A stretch of 63,323 nucleotides of DNA, filler included, from Octopus bimaculoides (GCF_001194135.2; 7 parts of 7 records of this genome joined end to end with filler, not necessarily neighbours in it); one strand, 5' to 3'. Positions 12,741 through 25,754 are shown, counted from the whole stretch's first letter. Notes: generated from the letters alone by a model not told the origin. Made by a program: numbers and translations.

Positions 12741-13368
12741 AAATAAACACCTGAAATAATTCATTAGCAAATCTTATGTAAGCATGGATCATTTTTGTTG
12801 CTGGTGCCGTTGTGGTAAAAATACCATTTAGCATTATGATAATGATGATGATGGTGTTGATGACGGTGGTGATGTGGGTCGTGATGATGATGCTTGTGAT
12901 GAGATGATAATGATGGTGGTGGTGATGATAATGATAATGGTAATGATGGTGGTGATGATGGCAGTGACGCCGGTGATGGCTGACATTGTTGTAGAAGTTA
13001 TATTTGTATTATAGTCACGACCGTTCTGTCAGTTTCTTTACACGGGGCTACGTTACCCATTTAAGACATGTGTGCTTTAAGGAACCGCCCAGTGGGCAGA
13101 GTAGCGCGAGTGGACTTAAAGCTAAAAGTAAGTGGCTTCAGAAACACATGGTTGCATAAAATCTGCTTCGTTGGCTTTTCGGAGTAAAGGTTTTTTTGTC
13201 GTCGTCCATCTGTGGTTCCCCAAGTCCACAGGCACACTTTCTATACCTCCTAACCGCATTCACCTACCACAGTCGTACACCTTTTGATAAATTTACTGGA
13301 AGTGAGCACTTACTGGTCTCTTCAATATCACTTTCCTGTCGAAGAAGAACTTAGAAACTTTATTCTGC

Positions 13369-13530
13369 AAGCTGGCAGAAACGTTAGCACGCCGGGCGAA
13401 ATGCTTAGTGGTATTTCGTCTGCCTCAAATTCCGCCGAGGTCGACTTTGCCTTTCATCCTTTCGGAGTCGATAGATTAAGTACCAGTTACGCATTGGGGT
13501 CGATCTAATCGACTTAATCCCTTTGTCTGT
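13369..13530 (+). mobile_element. SINE family A
   Basis: CTGGCAGAAACGTTAGCACGCCGGGCGAAATGC...CCGAGGTCGACTTTGCCTTTCATCCTTTCGG..GTCGAT...GTACCAGTT. Confidence 0.85.
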
Positions 13531-13814
13531 CCTTCTTTGTCCCCTCTGTTTAGCCTCTTGTGGGCAGTAAAAAAATAAGAAACTTTATTGAGGGCTTGAC
13601 AGGAGGAGGTGTTGTCTGGCCCTAATGCTTTCAGTCTCGTCAGATACGCAGCCTCTTTGCCTCTAGCCATCAGACAGAGGATAAACCGCCCGCTTAGCCC
13701 TACAAGAAATATTTTCCTAGTATAGACATGTTGTAGTTGCTGTTGTTGTCGTTGTCTGAGGTTAGTGAACTGACTTCATCTACTCCCTCGTATATACCAC
13801 CTTGTGTCTATGAT

Positions 13815-13980
13815 AGCGGCCATTTCGTCCGTCCTTACATTCTGAGTTCAAATTCCCCCGAGGTCGACTCCGCCTGTCATCCTTTTCTGGTTGATAAAAA
13901 TAAGCACCACTTGTGTACTGAGGTCAATGCAATCGAATAGCCCCTCCCCCGAACATGCTGACCTTGTGCTAAAATTCGAA
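13815..13980 (+). mobile_element. SINE family A, 5'-truncated
   Basis: TTTCGTCCGTCCTTACATTCTGAGTTCAAATTCCCCCGAGGTCGACT matches other copies. Confidence 0.75.
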
Positions 13981-14083
13981 AGCTATATTTTTATTATGAG
14001 TTTTCTTCTTACAATTTCTTCCCATTTCTTGCCGAGTATCTTCTTGATGCCTAAGGCAAAGAAACTCACGTATTTATTGATAG

Positions 14084-14140
<57 letters not shown>

Positions 14141-14700
14141 GTTATTATTATTATTATTATCACTACCGCAAATTAACTTTAGTCACACACATGTCAACGA
14201 ATCAGCAAAGAAGCCTGTGTGTGTGGTTCTTCGATATTCCATTAACAGCAGCCTAACCTCCCCCAAATCGCACACCTCTGCCATTTTAAAAACAAACTGA
14301 GTTTGAATAAGGTCTTTCGAGAATGAATTCCTTGAAAGGATGCTCATGGTGAGAACGCTTTTAATCTTATGTGTACCGCATCAAAGCCAGCTTGGGATAA
14401 CAATAACAACAATAACATCAACGACAACTACAATGAATTGAGATGTGATATGTGATGGAAAATGTCTGTTTAGTTCCAAGTCTTGCATGAAGTGGAATGT
14501 GACAAATTATTCGAGAATAATGGTAAACAAACGAAAACAGGGACAAAGTTATTTGTCAGCTCTTCAAATATCAGAATGGCATTCCGTGCGTATGTATGTG
14601 TATGAGTGGATGCGTGAGCGTGTGTGCATGTATGTGTATGTGTATGTGTGTGAGTGAGTGTGAGTGAGTGAGTGTATGTGTGAGTATGTGAGTATCTGTA

Positions 14701-14755
<55 letters not shown>

Positions 14756-14832
14756 ATTCGTGTGTGTCTAAATGTCTGCAGGGGTGAGCACATGTACATC
14801 TACACACAGCTGCCGCCACATACATAAACATA

Positions 14833-15054
14833 CAGGGGTGGAAAAAAAGTAGGGATACAGTTGCTTAATATGAGTGGAATGTTCTTTCCATTTCTCTATT
14901 TATTTTTAACACCTAAGCGTTTCATGGCGACTGAGAGATTTGCAGAAGATGTATAGTTCATTGGAAGCCATCTTTTTTGATTTCTGAAATAGAGAAATGA
15001 AAATAACATTCCATTCATATAAAGCAACTGTATCCCTACTTTTGTCCACCCCTG
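14833..15054. mobile_element. Tc1/mariner-type MITE (222 bp) flanked by TA
   Basis: TA|CAGGGGTGGAAAAAAAGTAGGGATACAGTTGCTTAATATGAGTGGAATGTT ... AACATTCCATTCATATAAAGCAACTGTATCCCTACTTTTGTCCACCCCTG|TA; about 50-bp imperfect TIRs, no coding capacity. Confidence 0.85.
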
Positions 15055-15607
15055 TAAGTTTATGCATGTGGCGGCAGCTGTGTGTAGATGTATGTATGTG
15101 TGTGCGTGCGTCTTGGTGCGTCTGTGTGTCTGTAATTGTGTGTGTGTGTGATTGTACGCTTCTCTTTGTATTTTATTTTCATCTGCGTCTCATAGTTATG
15201 AGTATGTATGTATGTATGTATGTATGTATGTGTGTATGTATGTGTGTATGAATGTATGTGTGTATGTATGTATGTGTTGGTTAGCTGTGTGTGTATGTGT
15301 AGGCAAATATATGTGTGTGAAAAGAGGAGACGTGAGAAAGAAAGTGTAAGAAAGTGAAGGAGAGAGAGAGAATTAAGATGATGATGATGNNNNNNNNNNN
15401 NNNNNNNNNNNNNNNNNNNNNNNNNNNNNNNNNNNNNNNNNNNNNNNNNNNNNNNNNNNNNNNNNNNNNNNNNNNNNNNNNNNNNNNNNNNNNNNNNNNN
15501 NNNNNNNNNNNNNNNNNNNNNNNNNNNNNNNNNNNNNNNNNNNNNNNNNNNNNNNNNNNNNNNNNNNNNNNNNNNNNNNNNNNNNNNNNNNNNNNNNNGA
15601 TGACGAC

Positions 15608-15653
<46 letters not shown>

Positions 15654-15841
15654 GCGATGGTGATGATGACAGTGGTGATGGCGATGGTGATGATGGCGAG
15701 AGTGATGGTGGTGGTGACTGGTGATGCTGGTGATGCTGGTGATGATGTTGACAGTAGTAATGATGATGATAACCATGATGATGACATTGATTTTGATGAT
15801 GACAATGATAACGATATTCATGAAGTTTATGATGGCGATGT

Positions 15842-15876
<35 letters not shown>

Positions 15877-16072
15877 GCGGTGATTTGAACCATCCCATTT
15901 CTATTATTCCACTTAAGCTGCAGCAGTTTCTTGCGATATCAATTTCAAACCGAAGACATGACTCTCAGAAATCATAGGAATTTATTGTTTTGGCATTTAT
16001 TTCTCGATTTGGCTGAAAGCCACAGATTTAGAGGAGTAGATGGGGTCGGGTAATAAGTAAATAAATAGACAC

Positions 16073-16158
<86 letters not shown>

Positions 16159-16476
16159 GCACGCACACACACACATATAAACAAATAAATAGACAGAAAT
16201 ATATATAAGTACGTAAATATATACATATATGAATATATAGTTAAAAGAATAGAAGAAAAGAAAATGGAGACTAGGAACTTATCAATTATTTATTATTAAC
16301 AAATTTGTCGTCTTCGCTTCTTACAGCCGTTGCAATTAATACTCAACAATCTAATTACAAATTTGTACATTAAATTTGCATTTATGTGACATGAGCATAA
16401 TTTTATCAGAGAAAAATGATATACCTTGAGATGTTGTATGTGGACCTATCAAGTCATTTCAGGAGACTCAATATGA

Positions 16477-16564
<88 letters not shown>

Positions 16565-16584
16565 ACACACACACACATGTATAT

Positions 16585-16800
16585 GTATTTGTTTTGCAAG
16601 ATTCTTGATGTGGAATCGTGTGTTGAAACAGATATTGTTATATTTCAGGATGATCATTTTCTTTTTGCCAAATAAACACACACACTACATATTCGGTTTT
16701 CACTTCAGATTTATAATTGTTCTTATTTTATGTCCTTTGTCTGGATATCTTTCGTTACACATCGTTTGACCTCTTCAGCGACTCTCCACCCCACGCATCT
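16585..16800 (-). mobile_element. Short non-coding HHR-bearing repeat (PLE pseudo-LTR-like), copy 1
   Basis: Collinear with 27024-27260: HHR, AAATAAGA, GTGTGTTT, then ATCTGTTTCAACACACGATT(C/T)CACAT...ATCTTGCAAAACAAAT. Confidence 0.7.
16739..16782 (-). ncRNA. Degenerate type I hammerhead motif
   Basis: Minus: GUCG-CUGAAGA-G-GUCAAACGAUGUGUAAC-GAAA-GAUA-UC-CAGAC; homologous to 27024-27068 but with damaged stems. Confidence 0.5.
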
Positions 16801-17603
16801 CCTCCTGTTCTGTTTAGTCCATTCTGTCTTTTTATGGTGTGTATCTTTATCTGATAAGGATATCTTATCAGATAACAGTGTTTCAACACACGATTTCACA
16901 TTAGTAATATTGCAAAACAAATGCATAAACATATATCCCGAAATATAACAATATATACATGTGTGTGTGCATTCACACACAGACACACACATACAGGTGT
17001 ATATAGAAATATATTAATGAATATATTGCTGATTCGTTAATAGTACTTTTATTTATTTTGATAGTGTAATATCGTACAAAATATATATACAGATTTCAGC
17101 CGTCACTCTGTAAATTGAAGTTGATTAAAATATATGTGGACAATAGTAATGGATGGTGATTTGTTTTGGCAATATCACGCCGGGAGGATATATATATATA
17201 TATATATATANNNNNNNNNNNNNNNNNNNNNNNNNNNNNNNNNNNNNNNNNNNNNNNNNNNNNNNNNNNNNNNNNNNNNNNNNNNNNNNNNNNNNNNNNN
17301 NNNNNNNNNNNNNNNNNNNNNNNNNNNNNNNNNNNNNNNNNNNNNNNNNNNNNNNNNNNNNNNNNNNNNNNNNNNNNNNNNNNNNNNNNNNNNNNNNNNN
17401 NNNNNNNNNNNNNNNNNNNNNNNNNNNNNNNNNNNNNNNNNNNNNNNNNNNNNNNNNNNNNNNNNNNNNNNNNNNNNNNNNNNNNNNNNNNNNNNNNNNN
17501 NNNNNNNNNNNNNNNNNNNNNNNNNNNNNNNNNNNNNNNNNNNNNNNNNNNNNNNNNNNNNNNATATATGAATATATATATATATACATATATACATACG
17601 TAC

Positions 17604-17637
<34 letters not shown>

Positions 17638-18045
17638 ATGTATGTTCTTGTATGTGTGTACATATATGTGTCTATGTATGTATACATGTGTAAGTGTATG
17701 TAGGTTTCGTAGAACAAACAGAATGAATAGAATTCAAAATGTGAATTTTGAGATTGCTAGTGTTAACAATACCCGCAAATAAAATACAGACTTGAGATGT
17801 AGTGCTCCAAGTGAGCTATATTTCACTTAATAGAGGCAATGGAAGTGGAAACGAGAAGAACATAATTAATAACCACACTCAAAATCAAATATATAAATAT
17901 AAAAATACATATAAATAGATAAATATCGATGTGACACATAAAACACAGTGAATTTTAGATTTAAAAGTTATAATACATTGAGATGATAAAACATTAAAAG
18001 GAAGTACTTAAATACCACGAAAATAATACAAAAATTAAAAAATTC

Positions 18046-18128
18046 CATCTACGATCCGTTTCAGAGACGTGCCAAGTAATATGATATATTTCATATTTTT
18101 AAAACTGACACTCCCCCTCATCAGGATG
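18046..18128 (-). ncRNA. Type I hammerhead ribozyme motif with long stem II
   Basis: Minus: CAUC-CUGAUGA-GGGGGAGUGUCAG...UUGGCACGUCUCU-GAAAC-GGAUC-GUA-GAUG; canonical core, 13-position stem II with one mismatch and several G-U pairs, 3-bp stem III. Confidence 0.78.
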
Positions 18129-18702
18129 TTTTCACAATACAGAAANNNNNNNNNNNNNNNNNNNNNNNNNNNNNNNNNNNNNNNNNNNNNNNNNNNNNNN
18201 NNNNNNNNNNNNNNNNNNNNNNNNNNNNNNNNNNNNNNNNNNNNNNNNNNNNNNNNNNNNNNNNNNNNNNNNNNNNNNNNNNNNNNNNNNNNNNNNNNNN
18301 NNNNNNNNNNNNNNNNNNNNNNNNNNNNNNNNNNNNNNNNNNNNNNNNNNNNNNNNNNNNNNNNNNNNNNNNNNNNNNNNNNNNNNNNNNNNNNNNNNNN
18401 NNNNNNNNNNNNNNNNNNNNNNNNNNNNNNNNNNNNNNNNNNNNNNNNNNNNNNNNNNNNNNNNNNNNNNNNNNNNNNNNNNNNNNNNNNNNNNNNNNNN
18501 NNNNNNNNNNNNNNNNNNNNNNNNNNNNNNNNNNNNNNNNNNNNNNNNNNNNNNNNNNNNNNNNNNNNNNNNNNNNNNNNNNNNNNNNNNNNNNNNNNNN
18601 NNNNNNNNNNNNNNNNNNNNNNNNNNNNNNNNNNNNNNNNNNNNNNNNNNNNNNNNNNNNNNNNNNNNNNNNNNNNNNNNNNNNNNNNNNNNNNNNNNNN
18701 NN

Positions 18703-20670
18703 GAAAACGAAAGACGAAGACAGGTGTAGGAACATCAAGCAGGTGTATTGCTTTAACGCTCGAGAAGAATGAAGAAGTTTAAAAGTCTTTTACGTTTCGA
18801 TCCTACGCTCTTCGACAGAAAGGATTGAGAGGAAAAAGAAGGAAATTGAATGAAAGAAAAAAATGCGGAGAGATAAAAAAAAATGTTCAACGGTCCAGCA
18901 TGACGAGATGACCGGAAAAAAGAAGCCGAATTAAAGGGAGATGATAATGATAATAACGATAATAACGACCCCTAACGAACTACGGTGCGCAAGCAGTGCG
19001 TGTATTTGAGAACGGTGTGTGTGAGTGTACATGTGTGAATGGGGCGAGTGTGTGAGTACGTATGTGTGCGGGAGTGTGTGTGTGTATGTGTAGATATGTG
19101 TATGGACGTGCGTATATATGTGAGGCTAACGTGTGTGTTTGTGTTTGTTGTGTGTGTAGCAGTTGATGTGTGCTTGTTCAAGTGGCGTCTGCACGTGTGT
19201 ATGTGTGTGTATGTGTGTGTCCGTGTCCGTGACCATATAGTGTGCATGTGTATAGTGTATGTTTGTGGGCGAAAGTTATCTGTATCTCCGCGTGCTGCGT
19301 GTGTATCTATATATTGTCTGTGTTCAGGTATTATACATTTGTGTAGGTGTGGGAGTGTGCATGATGGTGTGTGTTATGTGTACTGAGTTAAACAGTGTAT
19401 GAAGCTGCTCGTATAGTGGTATGTGTGGTGACGCTATTGAAGATTTGTGTGGGTGTGTAGATAATGGTGTGTGGTGTGGGTGCTGAGAAGTGTTTAGTGC
19501 TAGTGTGTGTGGAGTGGCAAGGTGTTTGTGGGTATGTGTGTATGTAACAGTGTGTGAAGTGAGTAATGAGTTCAACAGTGTATGGGTGTTTGTACAGTGG
19601 TATGTGTGTGTGTGATGAAGGTACCGACGTAGGCGGTATGCAGGTGTGAATGTGAAGAGGACAGCTGAATGTGGGAGGTGTGTTGGAATCCGTGTGGGGT
19701 TGATGTCAGATGAAGGAAGGTAGTACGTTGAGCCCTTATGGTGCAAAGGAACGAAGAGAAAGGATTAATTCCTGTTCCCGGCGAAGGCGGGAATCCGGGT
19801 GGCCCCCTGTACAGAGACTGTCCGAATACAAACAGATGTTGTAGCGAATGACCAGTAAGATCGGAAGTGGTGCGAGACCGGGATGTCATTGCCAAGTATG
19901 ATGTCTCAGCAGTGCACCGCGAACCGGTCAGCCAAGCAGCATCCCGTTTGACCAATGTACAGTGAAGCACAGAGAGAGCAGGAGATACAGTAAATAACAT
20001 TACTGGAGGTGCAGGTAAAGGAGTTGGTGACGTGACGGGTGCCAGTGAGGATAGTGGTGTTGAAGAGGTAGGGACAGGTGCGACAGCGTGGGCGAGAGCA
20101 AGGAAAGGAGCCAGGAGGTCACGCAGGTTATGGGCTCATTTGAAGGAGGGAAGGGGTAGATTAGGGAAGATGTACTAAGTGAAGGGGTCGGACTGGAGTC
20201 GCCGGAAGGCTCAGAAATGGTGAGTTGGAGGGGTAGGGTGGAGGTATGGCAGGTGAGGGGTGGTAGGTGAGGGGAAACACGAGACGGATAAGAGTGGGGA
20301 GGGTGCGAGGAGAAAGAGCAGAGACACGATTCACAGATCGTGCCTGGGCAAGGGCAGCATGGTTAATGGTGAGGGGATATCCACGTAGGATGAAAGGGTA
20401 ATCCATGAGTTGATACTGGGTCTCAAAGCTGTGGTCGTTACTACAGAGCCTACATAGACGGAGGAATTGAGAGCAGGAGATGGAGAGCTTTGTGTGGGTA
20501 GAGTGGGAGGAGAAGTTAAGGTAGGAGTGCGAGTCTGTATGTTTGTAGTAGATGGAGGTGGTGAGAGCGGAGTGGTGTATGTTGATAGAAATGTCGAGAA
20601 ATTCGATGGAAGAGAAAGAGATAGTGCAGGAGAATTCGAGGACAGAATGGAAGGATTGGATAAAGGAGGT
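18703..20670 (-). mobile_element. 5'-truncated Penelope-like element, Neptune-like: RT thumb, Cys linker, GIY-YIG, CA-rich 3' UTR, HHR-like motif
   Basis: SIEFLDISI...TSIYYKHTDSHSYLNFSSH...SQFLRLCRLCS...RGYP...PLTYHP; PGSFPCSRPRCRTCPY; NSFTCTSSNVIYCISCSLCASLYIGQTG..LADRF..H; ...REQELI.SLRSFAP*GLN (ends about 19700). Multiple stops and frameshifts. Confidence 0.9.
18787..18822 (-). ncRNA. Minimal hammerhead-like motif with non-canonical core
   Basis: Minus: CUUU-CUGUCGA-A-GAGC(GUAG)GAUC-GAAAC-GUA-AAAG; stem I CUUU/AAAG, loopless palindromic stem III ACGU. Confidence 0.55.
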
Positions 20671-20857
20671 GTGTGTATGTGTGTGGGTGCGTGGGTGAGT
20701 GTGTATATGTATGTATGTAAATGTATATATGTTTGTGTGTTTGTGTGTGTTTATTGCATCGCTCACAAATAGACTTGAACCCGTGCCCCCTAAATCATTT
20801 CACTGTAATTAGATATTCGTAACGTCTGATATACTAACGACTGTGCTATGCATAAGT

Positions 20858-20907
<50 letters not shown>

Positions 20908-22226
20908 AAACGCATATACACAATGCGTGTTTATATTAGAAACGCTTAATCAGTTACCGATAAAATCTCACTAAAGATTATGTCTGACTCAGCTGATTGG
21001 CTCTAGTTTCTGTCAACGGTGGAGGGATTGAACAACATCCAAAGCCAGTTAACCTGTTTAATACCACCAGTTGTAAATTGTAGCGCCAATGAAAATAGTG
21101 CGTAGGTAGTTTAACCATAATTGTTACTAAAAATATTTGAGATCAACATCAGTTCCGTAAATTAATTGTTTGCATCAATTCACTGCTATTAGTGTTGCAT
21201 CAATGCATAACATTAATCTTCTGAATAATAATCCTGTATTTAAACACTCACCATCCCTCTAGCACTCTCTCTCATACATTTTCAACTTCCAAGTCACTCC
21301 GTGTTTTACAATATGTCTTCCCCAATATATCTGACTGCTGTCTGTTTGTCTCTATCTCTATCTTTATCTCTCTGTGTGTCTTTGACCGTGTGCTGGTCTA
21401 TCTCTTCTAATTACAAGCCTGCAGGCAAATCTCACTTTGATGGTTTCATAAATAAACGAAGAAACACTAAACAGTGATTTTTCACTCAGTTTGATTTCAT
21501 CATTAACGCGTTAAGTGAAGAAATAAAATAAAATACAAGATCGGTCGAAGTCAATAATATGGTTACAAAAACAGCTTTTTTCTTATTTTCTTTGTACAAA
21601 ACGACTCGAGATAATCGTTTGATTGATAGAACAAGCGTAAGGTAAAATCAATATACACGGGCGAAGAAAAATATTATATAACTTGAAGCATTTTCATGGT
21701 AGTTGGACTGAAGTCATTTGTGAATGGATATTTATTAGAAGGATGTTGTCCTGTAAAGGTCGACTGCTTTTCAAACAGAGTCTGTAGGTGTCGTTTGACT
21801 GGACACAGTTTGCTTGATGTCGTCTGGCTGAACGGAATATCTCGATGTTAAATGTAGTGTGAGATTTAATACGATAAATATTCGATAACGGTCTGTCTGT
21901 TTCCTTTTCTGTCAATGTCAACCTGCCTCCTTTTCTTTCTTTGTCTATGTGTCTCTGTCTCTATGTCCCTCTGTTACCCGTCCCCTCTCTCCAAAGGTTC
22001 GATGCTGCTGATTCAGTGACAGAAAAAGATTAAATTTTCGTCGCTTGGAGAATCGCACAATTTGGGGGGGCAACGAAGCGAATCATAAAAGTTTAATGAA
22101 TACAATAAATCACCTCTACTTTCGTTGAGACCTCTTTCTCTTGTTTGTTTATCAAAACGTACTCAACTGCACAAATATATGTACGTATACACACAGATAC
22201 AGATCTGTCTATATTTATCCACCCCC

Positions 22227-22257
<31 letters not shown>

Positions 22258-23279
22258 TCACTCTCCCTCCCTCTCCCCCTCTCTCTCTCTGCACACACAC
22301 ACACACACACACATATATATAAGTAGTAAAAGGGAATAATAAAATTCAGGCAGATATCTAGAAAGTACTCAGTGTTAAACTGATTTGGTCAACTAAATCA
22401 AACGATCAGATACCAATAAATTCAAATAGAATAAACTGCCAAGGTAATTCTTCATGTATGTATTTTCTTTCATATCTTTTTCTTGTTTCANNNNNNNNNN
22501 NNNNNNNNNNNNNNNNNNNNNNNNNNNNNNNNNNNNNNNNNNNNNNNNNNNNNNNNNNNNNNNNNNNNNNNNNNNNNNNNNNNNNNNNNNNNNNNNNNNN
22601 NNNNNNNNNNNNNNNNNNNNNNNNNNNNNNNNNNNNNNNNNNNNNNNNNNNNNNNNNNNNNNNNNNNNNNNNNNNNNNNNNNNNNNNNNNNNNNNNNNNN
22701 NNNNNNNNNNNNNNNNNNNNNNNNNNNNNNNNNNNNNNNNNNNNNNNNNNNNNNNNNNNNNNNNNNNNNNNNNNNNNNNNNNNNNNNNNNNNNNNNNNNN
22801 NNNNNNNNNNNNNNNNNNNNNNNNNNNNNNNNNNNNNNNNNNNNNNNNNNNNNNNNNNNNNNNNNNNNNNNNNNNNNNNNNNNNNNNNNNNNNNNNNNNN
22901 NNNNNNNNNNNNNNNNNNNNNNNNNNNNNNNNNNNNNNNNNNNNNNNNNNNNNNNNNNNNNNNNNNNNNNNNNNNNNNNNNNNNNNNNNNNNNNNNNNNN
23001 NNNNNNNNNNNNNNNNNNNNNNNNGTGTGTGTGTGGTGGATGTGTGTGTGGTGGATGTGTGTGTGTAATTATGTATGTATGTATGTATGGTTGGATGGAT
23101 AGATGGATGAAAATATAAAAACTACAGATGTTCAGTACAGTCAGGCATTTTAAGGCGTAGAATAATGCTAGAGCAGTGTGTCGTGAAAACATATGCAGGA
23201 AAACACACACACACACGCATATAAATATATATGTGTATATATATGTATGTATATTTTTGTATGTATGTGTATTATGTGC

Positions 23280-23337
<58 letters not shown>

Positions 23338-23434
23338 ACGCATATGTTTTCACGGCTGTGCTTTAAAATTATTTCATCTCCTGAAATATCTGACTGTACT
23401 CAACATCTGTAGCTTACACACACACACACAGACA

Positions 23435-23477
<43 letters not shown>

Positions 23478-23529
23478 ACACACACTTACTCTTATATGTG
23501 TGTATATATATATATATTGTGTATGTATG

Positions 23530-23566
<37 letters not shown>

Positions 23567-23676
23567 TTGTGTGCGTGTGTGTGTATGTATGCATGTATAT
23601 ATGTATGTATATGTATATACATCTCAGAACAAAACACTGGTAGAATTTTTGGTATTATTTATTTCCTATTACATAT

Positions 23677-23870
23677 TATGTAAACCGGCTCTCAAATCAT
23701 CCCCACTGTGAAGTTAGATCAGATATAAACAGTATCTCCAGGAGGATATCTATGCTTTCAGCTAACGAAGAAATATTCATACAAAACGCTGAATATTATA
23801 ATGTTACCTTGGCTAGAGCTTGTAACGCTGATAAAATTACCTACCTCCCTGAGTACTGCATCTGTATGAG
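23677..23870 (+). mobile_element. PLE reverse-transcriptase thumb fragment followed by low-complexity Asn-rich sequence (to about 24330)
   Basis: YVNRLSNHPHCEVRSDINSISRRISMLSANEEIFIQNAEYYNVTLARACNADKITYLPE resembles the Penelope YVxxxSNHP...RxSxLSSxExxF...YxxAL motif. Confidence 0.7.
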
Positions 23871-24904
23871 AAACTGTTATAGCAGTGCTTTTCACACCGC
23901 TAACAAGAGTAAACCTGGTACCCCTGCTACTAAAGCGAGCTCTTGCCGCTGTATAAACAAAAATAAAGCACTAGGGAGCATACACCAGAACAATAATAGC
24001 ACAATTATTACATCTAGCTTGTGTAAACATAACTTTGTACAATAATAGTAATGTGCATGTTTCTAGCGACACCAAAGGTTGTAATAATTTTATAAAACCT
24101 TCAAACCCTTTTCGTTATGTTAATCTGAAAAAAATGTCAATGTAATAGATGTTGATCATGTTGGCGTTAACACAAGTAATATAAATAATTAGATTAATGC
24201 TGATAATGATAATAATCTCAGTAATTACCAATAATAATACGATTGACGATAATAATAATAATAGTTATAATGGTAACAATATTGTTTATATGGAAATGGT
24301 AACACGAGCAATGATAACGACTTTACTAGACCTCTATACTAAAATAGAGAAAGCTGCTTGTTAATTAGGTATATAACAATTACTAAAAGTACTAAAAGAT
24401 AGCAATTATTAAGAGTTGACCGTTTGGAAATATTTTTATAAATTCATGTTCTTAGAAATTTCCTATAATTTCGATTTCTCGAGTTTCTTGATTTTTTTAA
24501 TCTCCAATTTTTTACAAATTCATTGCATTCACTGCATCCAATTCACAAATCTAAATATTCATTGCATTCACTGCGGAGTGTTCCATTCTCATTTGCAAAG
24601 TCTCTCACTTTCTCTTTTAAGTTTTCATTCTCTAGTTGGAAAACCTATTATTCTATTAACGTATACGTAATTTATTATTTATCATTCTGTTAATGTATAC
24701 GTAACTTATTATTTATTGAATGAACTTTTTTTAAATACCCGTATAATTTTTGAACGCGTGATAGCTGTGAGAAGAGCGTGGAAAGTTGGGTAATTACTAT
24801 TAGAAGACGAGGAAAAAAAATAATTACCGGCAAGTACTCGAAACTTGCACCTTATCCACAGTTTCCAAACACTCCGTACCACCAAGCCAATATATATACA
24901 AACA

Positions 24905-25090
24905 AAGGCGGCGAACTGGCAGAAACGGGCGTAATGATATTTCGTCTGTCTTTACGTTCTGAGTTCAAATCCCGCTGAGGTCGACTTTGCTTTTCATCCT
25001 TTCGGGGTCGATAAATTAAGTACCAGTTGCGTACTGGGGTCGATCTAATCGACTAGCTCCCTCCTCCACAATGTCGGGCCATATGCCTAG
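24905..25090 (+). mobile_element. SINE family A (CpG-intact copy)
   Basis: GGCGGCGAACTGGCAGAAACG...GAGGTCGACTTTGCTTTTCATCCTTTCGGGGTCGATAAATTAAGTACCAG. Confidence 0.85.
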
Positions 25091-25706
25091 ACTAGAAAAG
25101 AATATGTACACAAACAAGTTGCACGAGAGATTTCAACAGTGACACACTCGCGCACACACATAGATACACATACACACAAACGATAGGCAATGAATGTGTG
25201 CGCGTGTGTTTGTTGTTCACTGACAAAACTTCGTGCTGCATCACTTTTGCGAAATTTTGTCAGTGAACAGGTCACGGTTCAAAGCGAAGAAAATATTTTG
25301 ACACTAATGAAATTTTAATGTTGAAGTGAAACTGGTACTATTGTTTTTGCTTCAGTATACGATCTCAGAGCAAGTCACTTGCTAAGCAAGTACATCTCTG
25401 TAATTCTTTTTAAAAATCACTCTCAGGCTCTCCAATATTTTAATTTCTAAACAGAAACAATGGGAGGTAGGGAGTGGGGTTGCAAAACATTCATAATTTC
25501 TCAAATTTTCTTTTTATAGCATATAAATGTATTTATGGGGAAAATATTGAAAAACATTAATACATGCGAGAGTGCTAAAGAAATGAGGAGGGATGTCTTT
25601 GGATATGCAAGAAACAACTAAATTGCTCTCAAATCACTTTTCCCTCTGAAAATATTAACAATTAAAAAAAAAAATTACCAAAAATGCTGATAATAATAAT
25701 AGTAAT

Positions 25707-25754
<48 letters not shown>

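Noticed and set aside
13620-13650. Minus-strand CUGACGA-GACU-GAAA
   Set aside because: Four nucleotides cannot form stem II and there is no stem I. The surrounding KALGPDN peptide hints at a LINE remnant but is too short to call.
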